Source of the DNA: Eledone cirrhosa | Lineage: Eukaryota | Length of the DNA stretch: 64,000 nucleotides | NCBI GenBank assembly: GCA_964016885.1 | Contig: OZ024745.1 | Coordinates: forward strand, 117,490,001-117,554,000 | Direction: 5' to 3' | Shown here: positions 27,088 through 39,902 of the stretch, piece by piece | Numbering within the stretch: the first letter of the stretch is position 1 | Layout of the letters: every line of letters begins with the position of its first letter | Notes under the pieces: model-generated | What the model was told of the DNA's origin: nothing | Databases searched by the model: none | What the model saw: only the letters and a program-made list of their open reading frames with translations | Translations under genes and position numbers: made by a program

Positions 27088-28168
27088 GTTAGTGCTAAAA
27101 TTCTTATAGCTAAATAGTTTATGCTTGAACTCCTGAAACCTTCTCAAGTAAGCATGAATGAAGCCTTATTTATACTTTTAGAGATAGAGATATCGGAATT
27201 TGTGACATTTTCATTTTTCCTAAGATTAGAAACATATAAAGTGAATATGAAATACTGGTTGTATTGGAGGATTGAGATTCAATGCCTGATTGTTACTGTG
27301 GGGGACGTGGTTGTTGTTGGAGTGCTGTTTAGTTATTTTAAGTAATACCCAAGAACAGATGCTTAGCATGTGTCAGGGAGTCCTTGGCAAAGTTTTATTT
27401 GATCCATACCTGCTCAATTAGATTTAACGAAAAACAAACACAATATCACAGAGAAGTAAGGAAAACAGCAAAGCTTGTTCAGTAGAGGTGAGATACAGCA
27501 TATTGAAGAGAGGAAGAGAGGGGGAGGGGGTCAGCAAACAACATTATATGGCTTTGACTAGCTAATGTGGGAGATTTGACTGCATAATGGAGATTAATGA
27601 ATTAATGAGTACTATTAATAAATGGTAGCCAATTGGCAGTCATTAGAATGCCAGATAGAATGTTTTGTGATATTCATTCTGACTTTCTGCTCTCTCAGTT
27701 CAAATCACACCAAATTCAGTTTTGCCTTTCATCCATTCAAGGTCTAAAAAAGTACCAATCTAGTACTTGGGTCAATTCGTCTTCTATATCTCTTTTCTTT
27801 CTCACTTCCTTTCTCTGAAACAAATCTGCTATACTCAGGCCTGGAGAAGGGTTGGGTCTGTCAGGTTTAAAAGAATGTTTAAAAAAATGCTGTATGTTAA
27901 TATGGCACCCCTACGACTCCTTCGGGAGTTACAGTTCCATACCATACTATACCATTAATAATAAATAATAATTATTATTAGTGGTTAAACAAAATCAAGG
28001 AGAAAATGTTCCTTAGCTGGACATGGGGTCGTTTATTCTGTTGTTAACTTAAGACACTGAACGGCAGCTATGCAGTTGTATCACTAACAATTTGACACAA
28101 TCATACACCATCATCTCATAGCTCTTTGTTTTATTGATTTTTTTTCTTTTTATAATTCTTGTATTTAG

Positions 28169-28266
28169 GAAGAACGTATGAGTCGCGCCATGGAAATAAT
28201 GATGTCACATGTAGAGAATTTGAAAAGAATTCGGGAAAGAGAACATTTAGAGTTAGAAGAAGCAAA
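28169..28266 (+). CDS. IRAG/LRMP: IRAG/LRMP coiled-coil exon (EERMSRAMEIMMSHVENLKRIREREHLELEEA-K)
   Basis: tttag acceptor, AA|gtaagt donor; HVENLKR and EHxELEE family motifs. Confidence 0.93.
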
Positions 28267-29361
28267 GTAAGTTCCTTTTTGTATTTCCATCATTCAAATC
28301 TTGGAAGAAATTTCATATTGTATCATTGTATCATATTCCAACTTTTTTTAAATATTTTATTTACTTCATTAATCAACAAGCTTTAATCAAATTGATTGCT
28401 TCAAAAGTAATATTTGCATAATAATAAAACTAATATTTTTATTTCAAAACTTATTTGTCTGAAAGGTCTTTTAGTATCGTAGGTCTTAGGCTCCCTTTGG
28501 TCACGAATGACCATGGTTTTGCACCTGGAAAGTTCCCCTCCAAAGTACAAGCCTAGGCAAGGTGTGTTTGTGGAAGACCAGTAGTTACCCATGCATACCA
28601 GTTTCCCCTTTCCACACCACTGATGTTGTCAAAGGGAAAGGCAATGGTTGATACAGCTTGGCACCAGTGACGTTGCAACTCATTTCTGCAACTGAATGAA
28701 CTGGAACAATGTGAAATATAGTGTTTTGCTCAAAAACATAATTCCCTGCCCAGTCTGAGATTTGAACTTACAATCCTAAGATTGTGAGCTCAATGCTCTA
28801 ACCACAGTATAAATAATAAAATGTTGGATATCTTCATCAAAAGTTCAAGCTATCTCAGGCATATTGTTTTATGCCTCTAAGTAAAATGGTCACTGTACTT
28901 GCTTCAGTTAGCTTAACTAAATATAAATACTTCTCTAAGTGAAACAAGTTAAAGAATCAAGGTATAGATCTTTTGTATAAGCAGGGTTCTAAAAACTCTC
29001 AATTGGCATCCATTTCTTATTTCACTTAAACATAGGACAATTTTAAAATAGTGTAATGTTTAACAAAGATATCTCTTAAATTACATCTATCCTAGAAGAA
29101 TTCATGAGTAGTTACGATTTTCCGGTTAGTATTCGACAATTCTATCTCATTTCAGTGTCTCATGTTCAGAGTTAAAATATGTCTGTCTATATATAGTTGC
29201 TATTGTAGCATTTATAGATAAGCTAAATTTTCAAACTTATTTAAGAATAAAAAAAAAAAAGTAGTGGTGGTAGATAAGATATAACAGTAATTTCAATAAT
29301 GTTCTTTTGTTTTCTGAATAATGTCATTCTGTTATAAAATAAGTTTTAGTATTCATTGAAA

Positions 29362-29700
29362 AGGCGGCAAATTGGCAGGGTCATTATAATGGTAGACAGA
29401 ATGCTTTGTGGTATTCATTTCCGCCCTCTGCTCTCTGAGTTCAAATCCGACTGAGGTCAACTTCGCCTTTCCTCCTTTCAAGGTTGATAAAAAAAAAAGT
29501 ACCAGCCTAGTACCGGGATTGATTCTTCCTCTATATTTCTTTCTCACTTTCATTCTCTCACCCTCTCTATCCTTCTCTGGGAAAAATATGCTGTATTCAA
29601 ACCTGGAGAGGGATGGGCTCCAACAGGTTTAAAAATTGCTCTAGAAATGCTGTATCTCAAAAAGGCACCCTATGACTCCCTCAGGAGTTATGGGTCTAAG
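29362..29700 (+). mobile_element. SINE family A variant with a different 3' tail
   Basis: Same B box and core followed by GGCACCC..ACTCC.TC.GGAGTTA tail; also at 27625-27935 and 34082-34357. Confidence 0.75.
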
Positions 29701-29929
29701 ATAAGATAGATATATTCTTGAAAATAGACCTCATGATGAAACACTTTCTGTGAAAGTGATATATAGTTTAGATCTAATTATATTATATCATGTCTTTCAG
29801 AGACAGGGCTGGATTTAGACCTTGGCTGGGAGCCCCTCATACACAGAAAATTATAATACTCACCAAACCCCCAATTTTACATATCAAAGTCAGCTGGTGC
29901 AAGTAATTGGAATTGAAAAGTTATACATA

Positions 29930-31030
29930 TCATCATCATCATCATTTTACGTCCGCTTTTCTCTGCTTGCAAGGGTGGGACGGGTCTTATTCAGCACAGC
30001 ATCTCTCCACTTGTCACGTTCCTTCATCATCTCCACCATGAGCTTCAGTGACCCGAGGCCCGCTCTCACCACCTCCGACTATGCCCCTCGTGGTCCACCT
30101 CCACCACGTCTTCCCTCAACTGGCACCTCCCGGCACCTCCTCACCCATCGGTCATCCACCATGCGCACCACATGTACACACAACCTCAGTCTCCTCTCAC
30201 GCACACCACACTTCATCCCTCCCAGACACAGTTTCTCTCTCAACACATTCATGCTGGGTCGATCACGCACATTGACACTGCACATCCAACGGAGCATGCT
30301 TGCCTCACTCCTCTCCAGCCACTGCATATCCTCCCCAGTTACTGCCCATGTCTCACTACCATGCAGCATCGCGCTCCTGACACAGGCATCATATAACCTG
30401 CCTTTCGTATGCAGGGAGAAACTCTTCTTCGTCAGCAGAGGAAGCAGCTCCCTAAACCTCCCCAACCCATCTCCACCCTAGACACTATGGCCTCGGAACC
30501 CCCCCCCCCCATCCACGCCAATCCGATCTCCTAGGTACTGGAAGTTATCCACCACCTCTATAGCACCCGCCTGCACCTGAAAAATGTGTCTATCAATGCA
30601 ACTTCTACTGTCCAATTTCCCTGCACATCTACTGCACACGCACCTCTCCCCACCTGTTAGTTTGCCTGCCATCCCACTACATCTCCCGTGCACCCCATAG
30701 AATCTATGCCAGCCCCCTTTCCACATATCAAACATGGCCATTTCCCCGACGGAACTAGAGCCCTGTCCTCCCCTCCACTCATCAACACTTTTGACCCAGC
30801 TAGGTTCACTCTCAGTCCTCTTGCTTCCAACCGCTGTTTCCATAGCCAGAATCTATTCTCTAGCTCCTCTACTGATTCTGCAATAAGAACCAGATCGTCA
30901 GCATAGAGAAGTTCCCATGGACAGCCAGTCTTAAACTCCTATGCTATGGCTTGGAGGACTATAATGAACAAGAGCGGGCTGAGGACAGAACCCTGATGCA
31001 CTCCTACTTGTATCTGGAACTCCTCACCAT
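29930..31030 (-). mobile_element. RTE LINE fragment
   Basis: YADD, MLHGSETW and CSRC motifs; (ATC)n tail; lies within possible hAT-like ends at 29804 and 31554. Confidence 0.92.
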
Positions 31031-32527
31031 GCACCCCAGTGCAACCATCCCAGAGCCGTCCAACATGACCACCGAAGCCCCCTGCCAGCACAACGATGTC
31101 TCCGCGGTTGTTTGTATTAAATACAGGTATTAAATTAAAATAATCTAACCATCCTCATTTTATGTCCACTTTCCACACTGGTATGTGTTGGTTGTGTTGT
31201 CACAGTCCGAGACCAGACATATTGGAGTGACCTCATCTTGCTCATACATTACATATTTGATATGGTTTCTATGACTGGATGTCCTTCCTAACATAACCAC
31301 TTTAGAGTATTTACTGGAGGCATTGTTTTTGTGATACCAGCACAACCACTTTACACAGCGACATCAAATACTTTTTATTAGAATATTGTTCTGCTAACAA
31401 CCTGATGTCTCTAAAGCCGAGGAACTTTGATTTTTAGTTAAAAATATAGTTCTTGTTGTCAAAGGGATAAAACTAGAAAACCCAGCAGAGGGCATAAATA
31501 AATTGCTATGGCCATTGCTGATGGAGTCCCCCCAATCCATTAAATCTGGCCCAGTTTACAGAGACTATTGCCAAAGAATATAATTCATCATCATCATCAT
31601 CGTTTAACATCTATCTTCCATGCTAGCATTTTGTTCAAAAACAGAATCGTTTATTACAGTTTTCCAACAGGCCAATCACTGGTTCACTGCATTTTCAGTG
31701 GTGAGAGATTGTCTGTTCAACATGTGCAGAACAAATCTCACAAGGGACTTCATTCAAAAGCAGCAGTTAATCAGTTTTTTCATCGATCTTTACATTTATC
31801 ACTAGTGTACCTCACTGAAAAATACATTTCATTAGATTCTGTTTGTAAAACAATGGGTTATGTACTAATATAAAATAGCTTCTCTTCTCAAAAGTTAAAT
31901 GAATAATCATCTTAACTGACTACATGGTGATCATGTCAACCATAATAGAGCCCACTACAAATTCTTATATGATACCAGAGAATATTTTGTTTCAACATGC
32001 TTCATTCTGATTGGTCTATACCACGTATTCAGTTAAGCAATAGGTGTTCCTTAATCAGATTCACACCACATATGCCAGGACAGCCCATCATCCCCATTGA
32101 TAGAAACTGAAAGACAGTCCAGCATGTAACTGTGGGGACCCTGAACAGACTGCTGCATCTTGTTTAGGATTGCCCCCTCTGATCTTTCCCCAGCAGTCTG
32201 GAGGCAATCTATAATACTACAAATGACATCAGGCTCACCAATCTCTCTCTCTCTCTCTCTCTCTCTGTATATATCATACGACAAGAAGTTGAGGTGATAG
32301 CTAGTAGAATATATTGAAACATGGTTACAGCTGAAACAATGAGAAGAGAGAAGTTTCTGGAAATATTTAAATATTAACATTTTCTTTCACCATTAAGGTT
32401 AAAGTGCAGTTTTACCCATGGTAAAAACAATATTATGAAGATTTAGATTTTAGATCTTTGTCATTTCTCATATTTGCTGTTATAATTTATTTTGTATTAT
32501 TTTCTTTTGTTTTTGTTTTTTTTTCAG

Positions 32528-32568
32528 AACACTTATTGATAATAAAATCTTAAATCCAGAGGCTGGAG
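32528..32568 (+). CDS. IRAG/LRMP: IRAG/LRMP exon (K-TLIDNKILNPEAG-G)
   Basis: Strong polyT-cag acceptor, GAG|gtttgt donor; phases 2 and 1 fit both neighbouring exons. Confidence 0.8.
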
Positions 32569-32784
32569 GTTTGTAAATTTATTTTAATTTAAAATTGTAT
32601 CATCAACTTAGCTTTTACATATTACATTTGAAAAGAAAAACAACAAAATTATAGTATTAGGGTCCAACCCATGCCAGCATAGAAAAGCAGGCATAAAAAT
32701 GTTGATGATGATGATGATAACTAGTTTTTTATGGAGTCCTTTTTTCAAGATTTAGGGATGTATTTTGTTGTTGTTGTTGTTGTT

Positions 32785-33125
32785 CTTCTTCTTCTTCTTC
32801 TTCTTCTTCTTCTTCTTTGCCTTCTTCTTCTTCTTCTTGAGATGGTTCTGGGGTCCTGTCAGAAGCAACCGTCACCAACTGATCTGACTGGATCCCCAAG
32901 CGAGACCAGCCAAGTTCATAGATGTTATCCAACCATCTTGCTCAGGGTCTACCCCTGGGTCTCAAGCTGGTTGGTTTTGCCCGTAAAATCTGATTCTTTC
33001 CTGAGACATTCTAACCACATGCCCATAGTATCGGAACTGTGATCTCTCAATTTGGAGAAGTAGCGGCTCTACTTGGAGCAACTCTCTGATCTTCAAACTA
33101 TGCACTTTACACCTAAGACCCTTCA
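32785..33125 (-). mobile_element. RTE (Expander/Rex3-like) 3' end with (GAA)n tail
   Basis: VEPLLLQIERSQFRYYGHVVRM. Confidence 0.8.
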
Positions 33126-33338
33126 GTGGAACCCCATTTGTATTAAGCTCATCTTTTGTATTTTTATTACACAACATTTCAGATAGCATATTCTCAAATT
33201 ATCTTCAGATGTCATATATTTATATATATATATATGAGTGTGTATATATATGTAAAAGGTAAACAGAAATAACAACACAATCGGTACAGTATATGGAAGG
33301 GATATATTAGGTTGATGCTTGATATAGCAGGAAGGGGG

Positions 33339-33374
33339 TCTTAACGTTTCGGACACTAGTCCTTCATCAGAAGA
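33339..33374 (-). ncRNA. Minimal hammerhead ribozyme, Penelope-like
   Basis: Minus strand TCTT-CTGATGA-A-GGAC[TAGT]GTCC-GAAACGTT-AAGA; palindromic AACGTT in place of stem III. Confidence 0.7.
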
Positions 33375-33711
33375 AAGAATGAGAAATGAGATAGATTGAG
33401 GGGACGGGTGGGTTGGAATTAGAAAAAATGTCTTTAGATAAAAATAACAGGTCCATTCATGTTGACATCTCTTATATATATCAGATAGGATGTGGAAAAA
33501 AACCAGCTAGACCATAACCCACCAGAGTACTCGATACTTGGGGTAGTAGAGTGGGTAATATGGGGTCCTGAATCTTTTCATATATATATATATATATTTG
33601 GGCTAAGATGGATCTTATGAATTTTTATTATAATAAGAAATTCCAAATAGGACAGATTTATATAAATTTTAATATATTTTCAACCCATTCCAACAAAAAA
33701 AAGCAGCCTTT

Positions 33712-33939
33712 TAACCCTTTAGCATTTAAATCAGCCATATCCAACCAGAACTCTCTCATCTTTTTCTCTTCAAACCGGCTGTAACTGGCTGCTCATACTT
33801 ACATGAAGGTATTGTTCTCAAAATAAATAACATTGAAATCTCGTAAATACGATGTTATGTGAAATAATTATGTAAGATAAAGCCTTTACTGTGAAAATAC
33901 AATAGTATATATAGAATAATGTAAATGTTAAAGGGTTAA
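33712..33939 (+). mobile_element. piggyBac-like MITE
   Basis: TTAA-CCCTTTAGCATTTA ... TAAATGTTAAAGGG-TTAA. Confidence 0.85.
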
Positions 33940-34509
33940 ACTGAGTTTGCTATAGGTATATTTGTTAAGTCTTCACTTGTTGCTGTAGGGAATGTCTCAT
34001 TTCTTCATTTTTATTGCTTCTTTGTTTTACAGTAGAACTATTATTCTACAGTAGATTATGATACATACTATGTTTCTTCTAAGGCAGTAAATTGGCAGAG
34101 TTGTTAGAATGTCAGATAGAAAGGTTTTTTGGGATCCGTTCTGGCACTCTGCTCGCTAAGTTCAAATACCACTGAGGTCAACTTTGCCTTTCATCCTTTC
34201 TAGGTTAATAAAAAAAAAGTATCAGTCAAGTACTGGGGTCGATTTTTCCTCTATATCCCTTTCTTGCTTCCTCTCTCTCACCTTCTTTCCTTCTCTGGAA
34301 GAGATCTGCTGTACAAGTATGTCAATATGGCACCCGTTTGACTCCCTCAGGAGTTACCACACATATATTTCTTCTGCAATTCCTGGCTTGTTTCTTACTA
34401 TTGTTCTTTATTACTTTGCTTCAACAATGATCTCATCTCATGTTTGTAAACTCTTCCATTATGGCAGTTGATTTGACAAAATCATTAAAATGTTAGATAT
34501 TTGTTAAGT

Positions 34510-35110
34510 CATGGAAGGGTCCATAGAAATGGTAGGTAGTTTCTGCTATCTAGGTGACTTAATTAGCAGCAGAGGAGGGTGCTCTGAGAGCATAATAGCT
34601 GGAATAAGGATAGGCTGGAAGAAGTTTAGAGAGCTACTCCCACTGTTGACAACAAAAGGTTTCCTCCTAAATACAAAAGGACGACTGTATGACGCCTGTA
34701 TGCGAAGTGCAATGCTGCATGGTAATGAAACATGGACAGTAACTGCATAAGACATGCGTAGACTGGAAAGAAATGAAGCAGCCATGGTTCATTGAATGTG
34801 CAATGTAAATATGAGAGAAAGGCAGAGCTTGGATGAGCTGAGGGAGAAACTGGGTTTAAGAGGAATCTGAGGTGGTGTGCAGGAGAGAAGACTGCATTGG
34901 TATGAACATGTGATGCGCATGGATGATGATTAATGGGTGAAGAAATGCTAGTGAAATGAAGCCACAATAGAAATAGGCTAAGAAAGACCTGGGTAGAAGT
35001 GGTGAGAGCTGATCTCAAATCGATGAGACTCACAGGGAAGATGACAAAGAAACCTGACAAGTGGAAAGATGCAAGCTTGGAAAAATGGACGTAAAAACAA
35101 TGATGATGAT
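34510..35110 (+). mobile_element. RTE LINE 3' fragment
   Basis: FCYLGDLIS, GWKKFRELLPLL, MLHGNETW; (TGA)n tail. Confidence 0.9.
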
Positions 35111-35519
35111 GGGCTCTGTTTTGATTTCAAATTCCCCAAGTAGTAGTGGTCGTAGTGGTTGTGGTAGTAGTAGTAGTAAGAGTGGTGGTAGTAGTAGTGG
35201 GGGTGGGGCAGAAGTGGTGGTAGTAAGAGTAGTGATAGTAGTAGTAGTAATGGGGGCGATGGTGGTAATATGCTCATTCATAAATGCATAGTATATTAAA
35301 TATATCTTCTTTATTTGCCCATTTTAGATTGATTTTAATTCTACCTTCGTTCATGAAACATCTTTAAAGTTTAGTACTGCACCTGAACACTGGACCTTGT
35401 AGCAAAAGATTTTCTAATTAGAATAGGCCAATATAGACAGTCTTTTACTGATGTCAATGTTGGAATCTCTTGTTGTGTATCTTTGCCAAACTCTTGCTGT
35501 AAGGCAGAATCATTGAATT

Positions 35520-35614
<95 letters not shown>

Positions 35615-36844
35615 AATATGTTTCAGATAATGTGCAGGATATTTGATACAAATAGTTTTCATTTCCCATCAATATCTTAGGTATCTGTTAATTCTTTCCT
35701 GTGAATGTAGAATTTAGTTGCTTGTTGGTAGAATTCAATAGTTGACCAGAACAGTCTGAGTTCAAATCATGCCATGGTTAGATTTGCTTTTCATCCTTAC
35801 AAGGTCGATAAAATAAAGTACCAGTAACACACTGGTGTCGATTTATTCAACTTTCCTCTCCCTCAAAATTGTTGGCCTTGTGCCTAAATCAGAAACCATT
35901 ATTGTAATAATAGGTAATTTCAGAAATACAACTTATTTTAATTAAGACAGAATGAATGCAAAAATTTCATTTCAGTCACAATTTTAGCTACAATATAACT
36001 TGATTTATCAGGAATTTTTATTTTTCCTTTTCTTAAAAATCGTTTTGTATATTTATTTCCATAGTGCCATTGGGTACAACTTATTGTGTACACAGTTTAA
36101 TTTTTGTATATTGTTCCTTATATACATTTGTGTTTTTAGTGTATTATTTTAAATTACTTATTGAGAGGAGGAAGGGTGAGGTGGTGGTATTTAATTGGGT
36201 GGCAAATTAAGTTTACAACACGAGAACAGTAACAGGTTTTTTGACAGGCTTCCACACAATTTCTGTTTCTTAAACTTCATTCAGAAAGCCGATAGAAAAA
36301 ATAGGTACATATACTTGCCTTTGATAACCTCCTTAGTAGTCCAAGACAAACTATAATATAGGTGCAAAAGATTATTGTAACTCTAAAATCATTAAACATG
36401 CACAAATTAATCCATTTTCACTCATCTTAGGTGCAAAGGAAATAGTTCCTATTTCGTTCTAAGCCTAGAGCAGCCTGTGAAAAATGTCTTTGTAACTGTC
36501 ATTCGTTGAAGGCAGTGTCCTACAAAATAAAAAGGAAACTGGAAGAGTTAATTCCCTTGGATTTCTAAAAGCAATTACACAATATAATTGAATATAAGCC
36601 AAGGAATATGTTATAAAAAATCGATGGTATTGAAGATTTTCACTAACTTCAAATTCTACATTAATAAAGTTTAGATTTTTACCCATTTCTCAGACATAGT
36701 GGGGTCGACTTATATTTGAGTATATACAGTAAATTTAATTTTTTACTATTAATCATTGAAACATTTAAAAAAAAGGATTTCTTAAATAAATTGATCAGAA
36801 CAAAGATATAATAGATTATGATAATAACAATAACACATCGATAT

Positions 36845-37043
36845 TTAAAACCCCTTATGTTAAACTGACTGCTGGTTTAAAACCCCTTATGTTAAACTGA
36901 CTGCTAGTTTAAAACCCCTAATGTTAAACTGACTGCTAGTTTAAAACCCCTAATGTTAAACTGACTGCTGGTTTAAAACCCCTTATGTTAAACTGACTGC
37001 TGGTTTAAAACCCCCTTATGTTAAACTGACTACTGGTTTTAAA
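36845..37043. repeat. 32-bp minisatellite, about six units
   Basis: TTAAAACCCCTTATGTTAAACTGACTGCTGGT repeated. Confidence 0.95.
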
Positions 37044-37223
37044 AGTATGTTAATCAATTCAATCATTACATTAAACAAATAAGTGAAGTTACAAACAACT
37101 AGATTGACAAATGAATAAATAAATATCTTTTTTGAAGATTTGAGGCCTGTAGCCAGAGGTGTAAACAAAGCAGTTGACTTAAGAAGCATTGGGAAACAGT
37201 TTTAGTTGCCTCTTATGACACAC

Positions 37224-38640
37224 ATCATCATCATCATCATTATACAGCCACTTTTCCCTGCTTGCAAGGGTGGGATGGATCCTATTCAGCACAGCATCTC
37301 TCCATTCGTCTAGGTCCTTCATCATCTCCTCTGTGAGCTCCAGCGATCTGAGGTTAGCTCTCACCACCTTCGCCCATGATTTTCGTGGTCTTCCTCTACT
37401 GGGATTTCTTGACACTTCTTTACCCAATGGTCATCCTCCATGCACATCACATGTCCATACCATCGCAGTCTTCTCTCCCGCACACTACAACTTATCCCTC
37501 TTATACACAGTTTCTCTCTTAACTCGTCTATGCTTGGGTGTTCACGTACATTGACATTGCACATCCAACGGAGCACGCTTGCTTGATTTCTCTCCAGCCG
37601 TCACATACCCTCCGCAGTTGCTGCCCGTGTCTCACTACCATGCAGCATCGCGCATCTAACACAGGCAGCATCGCACACCTAACACAGGCATCATATAACC
37701 AGCATTTCATTCGTAGGGAGAAACCCTTCTTTGTCAACAAAGGAAGCAGCTCACTAAACTTCTTCCAACTGGTCTTTATTCTAGATACTATGGCCTCGGA
37801 GTACCCTCCTCCCTTGCTTATCTGATCACCTAGGTATTAGAAGCTATCAACCACCTCTAAAGATCCTACCTTCATTTGAAAAATGTGTCTATCACTGCCA
37901 CTTCTACTGTCAAATTTCCCTGAACATCTGCTACATATGAAGTTTTCCCTACCTGTTAGTTTGCCTGCTATCTCACTACATCTCTTGTGTACCCAAGATC
38001 TGCATTGTGTACATTTTATAGAATTTATGCCAACTCCTTTTCTACATATCGAACATGGCCATTTCCCTGATGGAATCAGAGTTTTGTCCTTTTTCCTACT
38101 TATCAACACTTTAGTCTTAGCTAGGTTCACTTTCAGTCACCTTGATTCCAACTGCTGTTTCCATAGCCAGAATTTATTTTCTAGCTCCTCTACTGATTCT
38201 GCTATAAGTACCAGATCATCAGCACATAGAAGTTCCCATGGGCAGCCAGTCTTAAACTCCTCTGTTATGGCTTGGAGAACTATAATGAACAAGAGTGGGA
38301 TGAGGACCGAACCCTGATGCACACCATTCCTACTCTCACTTTACTGACAGCACCTCTGTACATAGCGTTCACTGTCCTCACAAGCCATTCCTCTACACCT
38401 AGTTTCCTTAGCGACCACCAGATAACAGATCGGGGTACTCTATTAAAGTCCTTTTCTAGGTCAACAAAAGCTAAGTATAGTGGCAAGAAACTCTCTTGTA
38501 GTTGTCTCACTAAGTAGAGGGCATCTGTTGTACTTTACCCAGGCACAAAACCAAACTACATCTCATCTAATTTGACACTTTCTCTAATTAGTTACGCTAG
38601 TATTCTTTCTGTCACTTCATAATCTGATCCATCAGTTTTA
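37224..38640 (-). mobile_element. RTE LINE fragment with an intact PHD-like finger
   Basis: AFVDLEKDFNRVP, CADD, CSICRKGVGINSIKCTQCRSWVHKRC..CSRC, RLRWYGHV. Confidence 0.95.
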
Positions 38641-38663
38641 TATGTGTATATATATATATATGT

Positions 38664-38885
38664 GAAGGCGTGTGGCTGAGTGGTTAGAGAATTGGATTCA
38701 CAATCTTGAGGTTGTGAGTTCGATTCCTGGACCGGGCGATGCGTTATGTCCTTGAGCAAGACACTTTATTTCACGTTGCTCCTTCTACCTGGAGTTGCGA
38801 CCGATAGATAGTAATAGCAATTGGAAAGACCAACGGAAACATTGTTTCCTAGGTCCGATTTGACGAAAGTCGATCAATCCAAAAA
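38664..38885 (+). mobile_element. SINE family B copy in a (TA)n tract
   Basis: TGGCTGAGTGG A box, GAGTTCGATTCC B box, GTCCTTGAGCAAGACACTTT; other copies at 22319, 51338 and 28680-28805 (minus). Confidence 0.85.
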
Positions 38886-38902
38886 TAATATATATATATG
38901 TA

Positions 38903-38936
<34 letters not shown>

Positions 38937-38950
38937 TATATATATGTGTG

Positions 38951-38982
<32 letters not shown>

Positions 38983-39083
38983 GTGCAGTTAAATTTCATA
39001 ATAAATAGCCAAGTAGGTAGAGCTCTCTATCCGAAGGATGAGTTATGTTATATAAATATTGTATTAAATAAACAATACCTTAT

Positions 39084-39140
39084 CCGAATACACGTTTCAC
39101 TGGGAGAATCTAAATAGACCCTCTCAGTTCATCAGTTCAA
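39084..39140 (-). ncRNA. Minimal hammerhead ribozyme with long stem II
   Basis: Minus strand TTGAA-CTGATGA-ACTGAGAG...CTCCCAGT-GAAA-CGTG-TA-TTCGG. Confidence 0.65.
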
Positions 39141-39207
39141 GAGGGTCCATTTAGATCATACCAGTGAAACTTGTGTATTTGACTAATGTATTGTTTATGT
39201 AATAAAT

Positions 39208-39261
<54 letters not shown>

Positions 39262-39409
39262 TGATGGTAGCTAAGATGCTTCCATAGGCGGTATGCCGGT
39301 TGAGCACTCTATGTTCTTACAGAATATTTATATTTATATATGTTTAATACAACTATAAATATGGAGGGTTGTACTAAGAACTAGCCGGTTACCGTTTTGA
39401 CATTCCCTA

Positions 39410-39456
39410 TGCTCTGATGATTACAGACTTCCCTCTGGAAGAAACAATTGTCAGCA
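39410..39456 (+). ncRNA. Minimal type I hammerhead ribozyme
   Basis: TGCT-CTGATGA-TTACAGA[CTTCCC]TCTGGAA-GAAA-CAATTG-TC-AGCA: complete core, three stems, GUC site, palindromic loop 3. Confidence 0.85.
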
Positions 39457-39510
39457 AATAAATGTTCTAAACTAAAATCTGAGTGTTTTAACACTTTGTA
39501 TATATATATA

Positions 39511-39902
39511 CGAGGGTAATCCCAAAAGTAAGGTCTCCAAAGCGATGGGGACACAGAGAAACTGTTTGTACGGCTGTTGGCAACACTGTTGTGATTGTGC
39601 TTCCTTCACTCCCAAACAAGCATGCGTGCACTTCGCTGGGATGCTCAATCTTGGCTTGGCAACCGTTGAGAATGGAGCTCCCGTTGAACGCTACCGCCAA
39701 GTGCAAATTTCACGCAGTTATTATATAGAGGGCAATCCCAAAAGTAAGGTCTCCTTCCGAGGAAAACATGCGTAAAGATCGGCGGATCACTCTGGATGCT
39801 CTCTGTATTTTGGTTCCTGAGGTTTCCTGAAGCACCATCCACAGGATTTTAACGGAAAAGTTGCAATATCGGAAGGAGACCTTACTTTTGGAATTGCCCT
39901 CG
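39511..39902 (+). mobile_element. Mariner deletion derivative
   Basis: 28-bp TIRs CGAGGG(T/C)AAT(C/T)CCAAAAGTAAGGTCTCC, TA flanks, remnant DRRITLDAL..STIHRILTEKLQYRK. Confidence 0.88.

Noticed and set aside
36431-36470. Possible exon after catcttag
   Set aside because: In-frame TAA after 10 codons and location in Tigger-like sequence
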